Assembly: GCF_001194135.2 (NCBI RefSeq)
Contig: NC_068984.1
Span: forward strand, 47,617,893-47,681,892
DNA length: 64,000 nt
Reading direction: 5' to 3'
DNA from: Octopus bimaculoides
Lineage: Eukaryota
This document shows positions 52,720-64,000 of the stretch, piece by piece (the first letter of the stretch is position 1; each line of letters opens with the position of its first letter). The notes beneath the pieces are model-generated. The model did no database searches. It was not told where the DNA came from and saw only the letters and a program-made list of their open reading frames with translations. The position numbers and the translations under genes were made by a program.

Positions 52720-53519
52720 GAACACGTGTGCATGATGAATATTACTCTCTTCCATATTTACATAATAGGTGTACTGCTTACAGATATGTTTGGCACATGA
52801 TATACATAGGACTGCGGATTTATGCATCAAATATGCATAATATTGATTATTATTCTTATTACTGCTACTATATAGATATTTTACAGGCATAAAACAGTAT
52901 ACATATCCTCACTACATGAAAGGAACACACACACACACAGCATAGTAACTGCTTGCATATACTGATATAACTACACAAACATCTATGCAAATGAAAAGTG
53001 CACGCCTACACATACATAGAGGTATACTACATATACACAGGAACAATATAACATTCGCACCTTTACTACACGTTCTATACAGACACATCCTGGTATATTA
53101 CATAAAGCACAATACTTCGCCTATAACCACACACATATCTCTAAACATGAACGTAGTTTCAGGCATTAACACCTTTACAACATACAAATGTGTTACGTAC
53201 CCACCCTCTCATTGTGTGAATGACATCTTCATAACACAAAGTATGCACACAATGTGCGAAACGAAAACTGACACACACACACACACGTGTGTGTGTGTAC
53301 ACACATACACGTATATCACACACCCACAAGTGCCTAGAACAGATGGAGGTAGTTACTGTTTACAAGAATACAACTTAACGTCCCGGGACATGTGATACCA
53401 GATCACTATTATTACCAATAATACAATTAGTATTATGTACTATTATTTAGTCGTCGCTACATTTGTGCTTTAACTGATATCAGCACTAACAGCGAAATTA
53501 TTTAACTAGTACTACTCAC

Positions 53520-53567
53520 CGCCGCCGCAGGTTTAACGTACTGGCAGGACGGAGGAGCGAGAGACAT
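53520..53567 (-). CDS. Candidate GC-rich first exon (MSLAPPSCQYVKPAAA, phase 0), or a 5' UTR exon
   Basis: CpG-rich patch ending gcggcggcg|gtgagt (consensus donor); not phase-compatible with SDR exon 2. Confidence 0.4.
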
Positions 53568-53638
53568 GTGCGCTAGCTTTGTGTGTATGTACGTGTATAT
53601 TCTACGTTTCAGCCCTAAAGTTGTGGCCATGCTGCAGT

Positions 53639-53705
<67 letters not shown>

Positions 53706-54442
53706 NNNNNNNNNNNNNNNNNNNNNNNNNNNNNNNNNNNNNNNNNNNNNNNNNNNNNNNNNNNNNNNNNNNNNNNNNNNNNNNNNNNNNNNNNNNNNNN
53801 NNNNNNNNNNNNNNNNNNNNNNNNNNNNNNNNNNNNNNNNNNNNNNNNNNNNNNNNNNNNNNNNNNNNNNNNNNNNNNNNNNNNNNNNNNNNNNNNNNNN
53901 NNNNNNNNNNNNNNNNNNNNNNNNNNNNNNNNNNNNNNNNNNNNNNNNNNNNNNNNNNNNNNNNNNNNNNNNNNNNNNNNNNNNNNNNNNNNNNNNNNNN
54001 NNNNNNNNNNNNNNNNNNNNNNNNNNNNNNNNNNNNNNNNNNNNNNNNNNNNNNNNNNNNNNNNNNNNNNNNNNNNNNNNNNNNNNNNNNNNNNNNNNNN
54101 NNNNNNNNNNNATATATATATATATATATAATTAAACAAGTATACGAGAGAATTTCTCTGATCTAAAGTACAGTATTTGTGTTCCCTCTAGATGTGTGTG
54201 TATCGGGATTTAATAAGCAGTGCTTTGTACTCGTGCGTGAGTGATTTATTAATGACTATGTACGCATATGTGTGTGTATGTATTATATATATAAGACAAA
54301 CTGAGATAGTGAATGAAGGAAAACGACAGAAAGAAAAAGTAGGTAGGACGACGAGAAAACTGAAAGAAAGAAGACAGGATTTTTTTTTTCTCTCTTAGTC
54401 CGGTGTAAATGGAAAAATCGTCCTCTGTCCCGAGAAACTTAC

Positions 54443-54590
54443 CTGATCCGGTAATAAGAACCGTCTCCCCTGCAACATCCTTCGCATAAAAACATCCCGG
54501 CAGGATGGCCCGTATAATTCCTTCCAGTAAGTAATAATAAAAAGCCAAAATGGTTAGAATAATTTCCTTCACGAAATCCCAGTCGATCAT
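54443..54590 (-). CDS. First coding exon of an SDR16C-family short-chain dehydrogenase/reductase (epidermal retinol dehydrogenase 2 / RDH10 / 17-beta-HSD11-like)
   Basis: MIDWDFVKEIILTILAFYYYLLEGIIRAILPGCFYAKDVAGETVLITGS(G): N-terminal hydrophobic anchor then KDVAGETVLITG, the start of the Rossmann TGxxxGxG motif; 148 nt ending at phase-1 donor g|gtaagt. Confidence 0.9.
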
Positions 54591-55974
54591 AGTGGAGTTT
54601 GTATGTCTGATCTTCTGTGTACGGTTAATTTCCTTGTATATATATTTTTTTTCTTTAAATAGAAAATTCCCTGGACAGTAAACGCTGTTTCGTTTTATGT
54701 ATAGCTCCTGAGGATTTTTTTTTTTATTAATGTTTTTAATTAATCTTCGCCTGTTTTTTTTTTCTTTCGTTTACTCCTTTCGATGTATTCGAATTAACCT
54801 CGAACTTCTGTAAAATAAAATATTAAATAAATTGAGAAAATTTATACATACATAAATCTAACACGCACACTTATATGTATGTATTATCTGTTTACATTAA
54901 CTATAGGACGTCCGGACTAGCACAGATGATTACATACATACATACATACATATATCACACTCAGTGACGGTTAAATTGTGTGTCAGTGGTTAACGTAATA
55001 TGAAATTATGTAAACAATTTTAGCATTCATCAATTGGAAAAAATATAATTTCACATGTCAACAACAATATCCGGATAGTTGAACATAATAAATATATGTA
55101 TAAAATACTCGTTTAGCTTACATATAGATATTAAATAAAAGATATCATCTGGTACAAGATTACATTATGCGAGATATCCATTCATTTAAATCTAACAAAT
55201 GTTTATATGGTCAGCGTTGCGAAAAAAAATTTTTTTTTCTTCCGTTGTTAATGTTATGATCCTGTCAGAAATAAAGTCTTGCATTGTGAGGGAGGGCAGG
55301 GAAAAGTTTTTTCTTCTTGCTTGGTCTTTCATACATTATATTGACAATTAAATCATCGTTTATAATTATTTGCTACCTCTACTGCTATCTCTAGTCATTG
55401 CTGTTATTGTTGTTCTCGTCATAATAATAGGTTTTATGCCACCAAGTTCTTTTGGGACTTCACAGGACGAAATTGCTCCTTCCTGTTTTTCTGTTTTTGT
55501 TTGTAATCCTCATTTCTCTGTTGTCGGTTTGTTTTATTCTCTTCTCTCTCTCACACACACACACAAAGATACACAAAACCTATACAGACTTTTTTCTTTC
55601 CTTCTTTAGTTCAAGCACCGCGAAGAGGTAAGAGGGGTGCACGAAGAGAGTAGATATTTTTTTCTTCTCTACTATTTTCTTTGATTACATTCATACATGC
55701 AAACATATATGTATGACTTTTTTCTACACATAGCCCATAGAAGAAGTAGATTTGAAGGCGGTAAGCTCTCAGTGAGTTCTGATTTGCTAGTCTAATTATG
55801 CGATCCGGTTTCGGGTCACGGCTGGCGCTATTTCAACTTAAAAAAAAAAACAAAAAAAACCTCAACTTCTCAACTTTTACATCGCTCCACTCCCTAAAAT
55901 TCACACAGTCCTCACCCTACTGATGTCCAACCAGTGAAATAGCAGACATGTGTAACACATTTTATTTTAAGAAA

Positions 55975-56125
55975 TAATTTTAATTATTAATTAAAAACAT
56001 GTGTTAATCATTCCTCAATTAAGAACGTAAATAGCAACGATATTGCGATATGGGTTACTGTGTTAGTAACACAGTAATTATAAATTTGTGCATTTGAAAT
56101 TTACAAATATTGTTAATAATGATTT
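55975..56125 (+). repeat. Unclassified AT-rich interspersed repeat; second copy at about 59570-59720
   Basis: Shared agaacgtaaatagcaa..cgatatgggttactgtgtta...gaaatttacaaatattgt. Confidence 0.7.
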
Positions 56126-57542
56126 TAGAATTGGCTCGTAGCAACGAAATTCCGCAAAAGTGTGTGTCAATTATATCGATCTCAGATGTAGACTGGTGCG
56201 TATTTTATCGATCTCCGGAGAGATTTGATCAGAGTACGTAACTAAATACTACTACACAGAATTTTTTTTCCGCCTGTTTTCGAATCCTCCACTTATCTAC
56301 TCATAATTATGATTTAAGAACAAGAACAAAAACGCACATTTTGAGGGAGGGTGACCACAATATCTGACTGGTACTTTTACTATATAAGCCTACAAGAATA
56401 AAATAACAGCTGACTTGAACTCAGCTGTCAAATTTACAGAGAACTGATGTACAGGTAGTTCTATACATACCCACTCACCCAGAAAAGTTTTGGTCAATGG
56501 TGACTCTAGCTAAGTTTAACAGAATAGGACAAGTTGATCAGCTAACGTAAATTGTGAACATGTGTTTACTGCCCTAATAATTCTGGAGTAAAAAACAAAT
56601 AAAGGTGTTAAAGTTAGCTTACATTATGTGAGTGTTGACGAAGATGAGCGTGAGTGACAGTTAACATACAAGTAAAGAAAAAAGGCAGGCCTTACACTTT
56701 AAGACAGTATATACATGGTAATGAAAAATTAAATACATACACATGAAGTATGTCAAATATATGAAAGAGATACAGGAATGTAAGTGCATCATGGAAAATC
56801 AATACATGTATTCAAATAGAATGTGTGTGTGTGTGTGTAAAATGTAGGCATATATTTTATACATAATTAAAAAGCCAATTAATAATAAAAAAAATAGTTA
56901 ATAGGTACCTTGAACAGTTATTGTTCTCCCTTAAGTTGTTAAAAGTAAAACCATACATATGTGTGTGTGTGTGTCTACTACATATGTAACACTAAAAAAC
57001 AAAAGTTGAATAACTAACAAGTACAAGATTAAACAAGGTAAACTTGAAATTATACGGGAGAAACCCACAGAAGTAAGACCGGGGTATATATGAGAAAACC
57101 CACCGAGTGAGTTTTGCAAAGGTTTGTTTATAAAGTGAAAGGCTTAATTGCTTTAAAAAGAGCAATCAACTTCTAGTAAGACACTTTGAAAAGTTGTATT
57201 TTTTTTATACTGTTTGCTTTATTACTTCTTTGCTTTCCTAATTTTCTCCCCTCTACCTTCTTTTCCTTTCACTACCAAAATTCTTTGTAGACATCCCTTT
57301 TCCTTCTCTCTTTTTTTTTCTTTGGTCTTCTTTGTTGTCATTATATATATATTTTTTCTGGGGTTTTTTTTTTTTTGTATTTATCTCCCTCTCACTCTTC
57401 CATCCTTCTATACTCTCGCGAAACAACCTCCTTCGCTTTTACCATTGCTCAATTTCTTAACACCTCAACTTTCTCCCGCCCCACACAAACATACACGTAT
57501 ATATGCGCAAACGTCTTCCCTCAACAAGCATTTCAATATATT

Positions 57543-57579
<37 letters not shown>

Positions 57580-57842
57580 NNNNNNNNNNNNNNNNNNNNN
57601 NNNNNNNNNNNNNNNNNNNNNNNNNNNNNNNNNNNNNNNNNNNNNNNNNNNNNNNNNNNNNNNNNNNNNNNNNNNNNNNNNNNNNNNNNNNNNNNNNNNN
57701 NNNNNNNNNNNNNNNNNNNNNNNNNNNNNNNNNNNNNNNNNNNNNNNNNNNNNNNNNNNNNNNNNNNNNNNNNNNNNNNNNNNNNNNNNNNNNNNNNNNN
57801 NNNNNNNNNNNNNNNNNNNNNNNNNNNNNNNNNNNNNNNNNN

Positions 57843-57893
<51 letters not shown>

Positions 57894-57944
57894 TATCTAT
57901 ATAACTGTATGTATGCATATACATTATCGTATTCATGTATGTAT

Positions 57945-58145
57945 TCTTTTATTTGTTTCAGTCATTTGACTGCGGCCATAATGGAGCACCGCCTTCAGTG
58001 GAGCAAATCGACCCCAGGACTTATTCTTTGTGAGCTTAGTACTTATTCTATCGGACTCTCTGGCCAAACCGCTAATTGACGGGAACGTAAACACATTAGC
58101 ATCGGTTCTCAAGCGATGTTGGGGGCACAAACATAGACACACAAA
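57945..58145 (-). mobile_element. SINE family C, 3' part
   Basis: Homology to 16470-16870; runs into microsatellite and gap. Confidence 0.85.
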
Positions 58146-58148
58146 CAT

Positions 58149-58181
<33 letters not shown>

Positions 58182-58183
58182 TA

Positions 58184-58224
<41 letters not shown>

Positions 58225-58769
58225 NNNNNNNNNNNNNNNNNNNNNNNNNNNNNNNNNNNNNNNNNNNNNNNNNNNNNNNNNNNNNNNNNNNNNNNNNNNN
58301 NNNNNNNNNNNNNNNNNNNNNNNNNNNNNNNNNNNNNNNNNNNNNNNNNNNNNNNNNNNNNNNNNNNNNNNNNNNNNNNNNNNNNNNNNNNNNNNNNNNN
58401 NNNNNNNNNNNNNNNNNNNNNNNNNNNNNNNNNNNNNNNNNNNNNNNNNNNNNNNNNNNNNNNNNNNNNNNNNNNNNNNNNNNNNNNNNNNNNNNNNNNN
58501 NNNNNNNNNNNNNNNNNNNNNNNNNNNNNNNNNNNNNNNNNNNNNNNNNNNNNNNNNNNNNNNNNNNNNNNNNNNNNNNNNNNNNNNNNNNNNNNNNNNN
58601 NNNNNNNNNNNNNNNNNNNNNNNNNNNNNNNNNNNNNNNNNNNNNNNNNNNNNNNNNNNNNNNNNNNNNNNNNNNNNNNNNNNNNNNNNNNNNNNNNNNN
58701 NNNNNNNNNNNNNNNNNNNNNNNNNNNNNNNNNNNNNNNNNNNNNNNNNNNNNNNNNNNNNNNNNNNNN

Positions 58770-58820
<51 letters not shown>

Positions 58821-58990
58821 GCATTTTTATGTTTGTATACATCTATGCATATATAGACATATATATGTTCATTGTTATATATGTGTGTGCGTGTGAATGT
58901 ACATAGCAATTCATTTACATACATACATACATACATACATATAAACATGTATGCATATTTATATATATGTATATGTATGTATGTATGCAT

Positions 58991-59025
<35 letters not shown>

Positions 59026-59079
59026 CACACACACATATATATGTTTGCATATGTATATTTCTATATTCATATATATTCA

Positions 59080-59126
<47 letters not shown>

Positions 59127-59467
59127 AATATTTTTGCTGCTTTATAATAAAGTATATATATATATATATTCTTACAATGTTCATGTAATATATGCGTACA
59201 CATATATGAATGCATGCGTGCCTATGTACGTATGTATGCATATTGTATTATAAGAGTTGTAAAATATATTTTAACATATTTTACAAAGTATAAGCATTAT
59301 TACCTGATACAGAATTCAATACGTTGGTTCGGTCTGGTTGAGTGGTGCGTATGTTGATTACATCCAAAGTTATCAGTCAACGATAAGTTTCATGTGCTGA
59401 GCTGCTCACGACCGTCAAGTATCACAGCCAGGGGCGAGAAACAGTAGACTTCAACTTTTGATATAAC

Positions 59468-59510
<43 letters not shown>

Positions 59511-59520
59511 NNNNNNNNNN

Positions 59521-59560
<40 letters not shown>

Positions 59561-60035
59561 CATCTTATGATTTCCTAATTATAAATTATTTATCAAAAAG
59601 TGTTAATCAGTCTTAAGCTTAGAACGTAAATAGCAATGAAAACGATATGGGTTACTGTGTTATCAGACTGATTCTAATACAATAAATTTGGACTTTTGAA
59701 ATTTACAAATATTGTATAATGTACGTCTGTGTATACCTATATATATATATGTATATATATGCTTCGAATATATACTTATATATCCATATACATGTATATA
59801 AATACATACATGTATACATACACGTGTGTGTGGTCGCATGAGCTAGTGATTGGGATGCTACTCAATCTGTCACAAGTTCGTGGTTTAACTGTGTAGTGTG
59901 CTTTGTTCTCGAGGAAAACTCTTCATCTCATGTTGTTCTGTGATCAGTCGATTTGATGAAGAGACTGATCTAAGGTACAGCGCATACATGTAATCACTAT
60001 AAACAAGTAAAAAGAAGTCTTTTTCTGACTATCCT

Positions 60036-60246
60036 TTTCTACTCTGGGCACAAGGCCCCAAAGTGTTTGGGAACGGGCGCTAGTCGATTAGATCGACTCC
60101 AGTACGCAACTGGTATTTAATTTATCGACCCCGAAATATGAAAGGCAAAGTCGACCTCGGCGAAATTTGAACTCAGAACATAAAGACAAATGAAATACTG
60201 CTAAACGTTTCGCCCGGTGTACTAACGACTCTGCCAGCCCGCCGCC
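60036..60246 (-). mobile_element. SINE family B
   Basis: Reverse complement of head-core-tail. Confidence 0.85.
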
Positions 60247-60344
60247 TGTTTTTCTGATTATCAGAGAATGCCACGATATATATGTGATGTCCGTATACAT
60301 AAACACAAATACATGCATGCATGTATGTATGAATGATATATATA

Positions 60345-60700
60345 TATTCTTTTATTCTTTTATTTCTTTCAGTGATTTGAATGCGGCCAAGCTGAAGTAC
60401 CGACTCTAGGACAAATTCTTAGTAAGCCTAGTTCTTGTTCTATCGGTCTCTTTTGCAGAACCGCTAAATTGCAGGGACGTAAACACACCAACATCGGTTG
60501 TCAAGTAATGGTGAAGGGGACAAACGCAGGCACACAAACAAACAAACACACAGACACAGACAGAGTAAGCAAGCTATTTACCACAAAACCATTCCAGCCC
60601 CTATAAATAAATAAATAAATGTTGGAGTGACTGTGTGGTAAGTAGCTTGTTTACCAACCACATGGTTCCGGTTTCAGTCCCATTGCGTGACACCTTGGAA
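60345..60700. mobile_element. SINE family C fragments (minus 60345-60600, plus head 60625-60700)
   Basis: Homology to family C. Confidence 0.75.
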
Positions 60701-60705
60701 TGTTT

Positions 60706-61126
60706 GGGAGGAACCCATTGACCCAATTTGCTGACTTTTCCGATGGCATGCAGGTGTCGATGAATGGTTGAATGACGAAATCCATGCTTCTCTACTAGTT
60801 CATCAACAGTTACGATGGGATTTTATTCCACCAGGGTTTGCAGGACGTCCTCGTTGAGCTCTACCGATCTAGGACGAGGCTCGTCTGGCAGGCTGTAGTT
60901 TCCGGTTCGGAACTTCTGAAACCACCGATGACACTGGCTTAGGCTTATTGTCCGATCCCCATATACGGCATTAATATTCCTCACACTTTTCGTTGCGTTG
61001 TTGCCTTTCATGAACTCATAAAGCAAAATATGCCGAATATGCTCCTTTATCACTTCCATTAGAACTTTGGAAAGATGACAGTTAAAATCGAACTGCATTC
61101 TTCAAAATTTGCTCTGAGAATAAGTA
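60706..61126 (-). mobile_element. Mariner transposase N-terminal fragment (HTH region), 3'-truncated
   Basis: EHIRHILLYEFMKGNNATKSVRNINAVYG...QCHRWFQKFRTGNYSLPDEPRP...GQWVP, canonical mariner N-terminus. Confidence 0.9.
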
Positions 61127-63005
61127 GATTTTTTATTGCCCACAAGGGGCCGACATAGAAGGGACAATACAAGGACATGTGGGGACATATAACAAATAAA
61201 AAAAAAAGGAACGAAAGTGCATGTTACAATGAATGACAAAATGAAAATGAGACATGAAATGACGTATTCTCAGCCTCACCTCGTAGTTACTTCATTTTTA
61301 CCCTTGTTCATGTTCATATTTTCTTTTTGTACTTGGTGCCTTTCAAGATTTCGAAACCGTACTCCTTTAGTAATTGCATGTAATCTATGTTCCATGGTAA
61401 TTTTTGGATGTCTAGTTCGACTTCCCACGTTTTAAATCCTCCTTTGAATTTTAACACTTTCTCCCTCTGCTCCTCGTCCAACAACATGCAGCAATGCCAC
61501 CCTTGTACATTGTCGAACGTGCGAGTGTACACCACTCTTATATTTTCCCACTTTTTTATTTCTTCACACAGGTCCCTATTTGTATTGTCATACATAATAG
61601 CAAAGTCACTTTTTTTCGGGAGGTGAGGAAGTTGAACGGCTTGTGTCTGACTGTATTTGTTTTTGTGTTGGAGGGGTGGGTAGGTTCAGTGTTTGTAGGG
61701 AGAGGATGGGAGGAAGAGGGTGTGGGTAGGTGTTAGGGGGGGGGTCTGTATTTATTTTACCTGGTTTCCTCCTCTTTCTTTTCCTTTTCTTACCTGATGT
61801 CACCCATTTGCCTTCCGTTCCGCTTTCCTCTTCTGTTTCTGCTGCTGCTGGTGGTGTTACTTCTTCCTTGTCTCTTGCCGGTTCTTCCTTTCCCTTGTTG
61901 TCTTGTAGAGGGCAGTTTGCTCTAATGTGGCCTTTCTCATCACACTTGTAGCATCTGCCCTCTACTCTAACTACCATTATTACACCGTCAAATGCTATTG
62001 TTTCCTGCAACTCTTCTATTATTTCCTTCGGTCCTTGTATCATCATGTTTAGGGATTGCCCTTTCCAGTTTCTTGTTTCCGTCTTAGTGGCCTGGAGAAC
62101 CACTATCTCTTCCTCGTTGCCGAACAAGACAGCGGCTGCTATCCAGGCCACGTCGACGTCAGGAAAGTGGGGGTTCCCTCAACGTTGACCCTTGTGGCAT
62201 GCCTTCTACGATATATCGGCAACATCACCACTTCATCAGTTTTTAAGATTGTTGCCGCGTTTGCTACGGCTGCATCTTTAAATTGAACTTCAACTGTTCC
62301 AAATTTACACCCTCTGGTTAGATATTTGAGTTCCTTCCAGACTGGCCTTGAAGCTTTCCCTACTTGATTCGTCATCATTTCGTTGATTCTTCTTGCGTCC
62401 ACTGAGTGTGTTTTGTATACCACCGTACATTCCATTCTATTAATAATAAAATCCATTGGGGCTGCACTTTCACATTAGTTCCTTTCTTTTTCATCATTTT
62501 TGAATAGTCCTTCCACTCGTTCCTTTCCATATTGTACTCCGATATTTTTGCCACCTCTGTGAAGCTTCTATCTAGCCTTGCTTTTTTCTCCTTCTTAGTG
62601 TTCCATGGAATGTCCGACTGCTCAGAATCGGACATCTCCGTGTAGCTGCTATCTGAACATGTGATGTCTTCTATTTTTCTACCTGGCCTACCTTCCTCTA
62701 TGAGGAGGGAAAGTACAACCAGACTGCCACAAAGCAGAAAAAACCAAAGTGTTCAGTGAACAGTCCAACAATATTCAAACCACAATACNNNNNNNNNNNN
62801 NNNNNNNNNNNNNNNNNNNNNNNNNNNNNNNNNNNNNNNNNNNNNNNNNNNNNNNNNNNNNNNNNNNNNNNNNNNNNNNNNNNNNNNNNNNNNNNNNNNN
62901 NNNNNNNNNNNNNNNNNNNNNNNNNNNNNNNNNNNNNNNNNNNNNAGAAAAAACCAAAGTGTTCAGTGAACAGTCCAACAATATTCAAACCACAATACAA
63001 ACCAA
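61127..63005 (-). mobile_element. Complete ORF1-only non-LTR-type retroelement (half-LINE candidate) with CCHC zinc knuckle
   Basis: 30-bp TSD (27/30) at 61097-61126 and 63006-63035; collinear frameshifted ORF segments 62635 to 61314; CYKCDEKGHIRANC at 61912-61953; 3' end gtgggcAATAAAaaa; no EN/RT recognised. Confidence 0.8.
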
Positions 63006-63125
63006 ATTCTTCAAAACTTGCGCTAAGAATAAGTACAAGATAAAATTACTACCTGCTTTTATAGCAAGTTTATGCAAGTAGTTTATCCTCCTCCGACTTT
63101 TGAAAAACCGCATTGTTTATAACCC

Positions 63126-63128
<3 letters not shown>
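63006..63128 (-). mobile_element. 5' end of the same mariner (TIR and TATA-containing leader), separated by the retroelement insertion
   Basis: Minus strand ttgggttataaacaatgcggttttt resembles a mariner TIR; gctataaaagc TATA box; continues through the TSD into the transposase leader at 61126. Confidence 0.7.
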
Positions 63129-63169
<41 letters not shown>

Positions 63170-63171
<2 letters not shown>

Positions 63172-63952
63172 GGGTGCGGGTGGGTAAATTGTTGCCACTT
63201 TATATTCTTAATCTCGCGCATACACATTGTTTGTTTTTCATTTTGTCGACTACACAGTATAGTAGGGTCAGTTGGGAACCGGTTGTAAGAAAATGAGCAC
63301 CATGACGCAATGCACCCTACCAGTAATTTGGAAACGACATGCTGTACTGCTGTGCATTTTCACCGGATTCTCCAATACGAACTGAGGACAGTGCAGAAGA
63401 TTCAGAAAGAGTGGGACGAGTCTAATAGTGATTACGATGGTACAGCAGCTCGAAAAACTCACTCTGATCGTTCTAATAAGAAAACCCTTTAATTTATTGG
63501 TGAGATCCAGGTCATAATTGGCAACGATCCCTCCAAGCGACATGGGAGTGTCTGAGTTTCTTATCGGCAGTTAGTGCATGAAGACAATCATAGATGTCAG
63601 GCAATTTCTGTGACCACATCACCTCTTACATCTGGTCACCTAACTCCCCCGATTGCAACCCTCTTGATTATTATGTGTGGAACGCAGTTGAGTGAGAGAC
63701 CAGCAAAACTCCTTGTAACACCAAAGATGAACTGAATGCAAGGATTATGGTAGCATTCACCAACTTCAACAAGGTGACCATCCAGAAGAATCCCAGGAGG
63801 TTCCAAAGTTGTCTGGAGGTTATCGTTTGAAGGCTATCGTTTGCTTTTTAATATTTCAAGATATTTTTATGTAATTTTGGTAAATATATCTTTTAAAATT
63901 AGATGTTAGTGCCATTTCCATTTTTGCGTAATTCTGATGACATCGCACCCTG
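63170..63952 (+). mobile_element. Internally deleted maT/DD37D-like transposon with both TIRs
   Basis: ta-cagggtgcgggtgggtaaatt ... catcgcaccctg-ta; internal WSPNSPDCNPLDYYVW; same family as 39.2 and 42.6 kb. Confidence 0.9.
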
Positions 63953-64000
63953 TATATATGACATCCTGTGCCCACATATGCATATATATATATATATATA

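Noticed and set aside
62736-62998. ~53-bp repeat flanking the N gap in the retroelement 5' UTR, resembling L1-type promoter monomers
   Set aside because: Identical copies on both sides of a gap are more simply an unmerged overlap; long reads are needed.

Overview
AT-rich animal genomic DNA with many (TA)n/(CA)n/(GA)n microsatellites and several N gaps. The SINE repertoire looks like that of a cephalopod (Octopus-like), which is an inference. No tRNA, rRNA, CRISPR or intact long ORF was recognised; all ORF-track entries over 200 aa are N-gap artefacts. The window is mostly intron/intergenic sequence filled with transposons: at least five SINE families (labelled A-E here, many copies with target-site duplications, TSDs), Tc1/mariner fragments of several subfamilies, hAT-type MITEs, a pogo-like remnant, and RTE, CR1-group and L1/Tx1-like LINE fragments. 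The one confidently recognisable host coding sequence is the first coding exon of an SDR16C-type short-chain dehydrogenase (54443-54590, minus). A probable small-exon gene starts near 15.7 kb (minus), and a few other candidate microexons exist. The most interesting element is a complete, TSD-bounded ~1.9 kb retroelement (61127-63005, minus) inserted in a mariner leader. It encodes only an ORF1/gag-like CCHC protein with an extra C-terminal domain, has no recognisable endonuclease or RT, and ends in the same 3' tail as one local SINE: a candidate half-LINE-type non-autonomous element, with a possible diverged relative at ~23 kb. A CpG-depleted domain at ~27-50 kb suggests a methylated gene body whose exons I could not securely identify.
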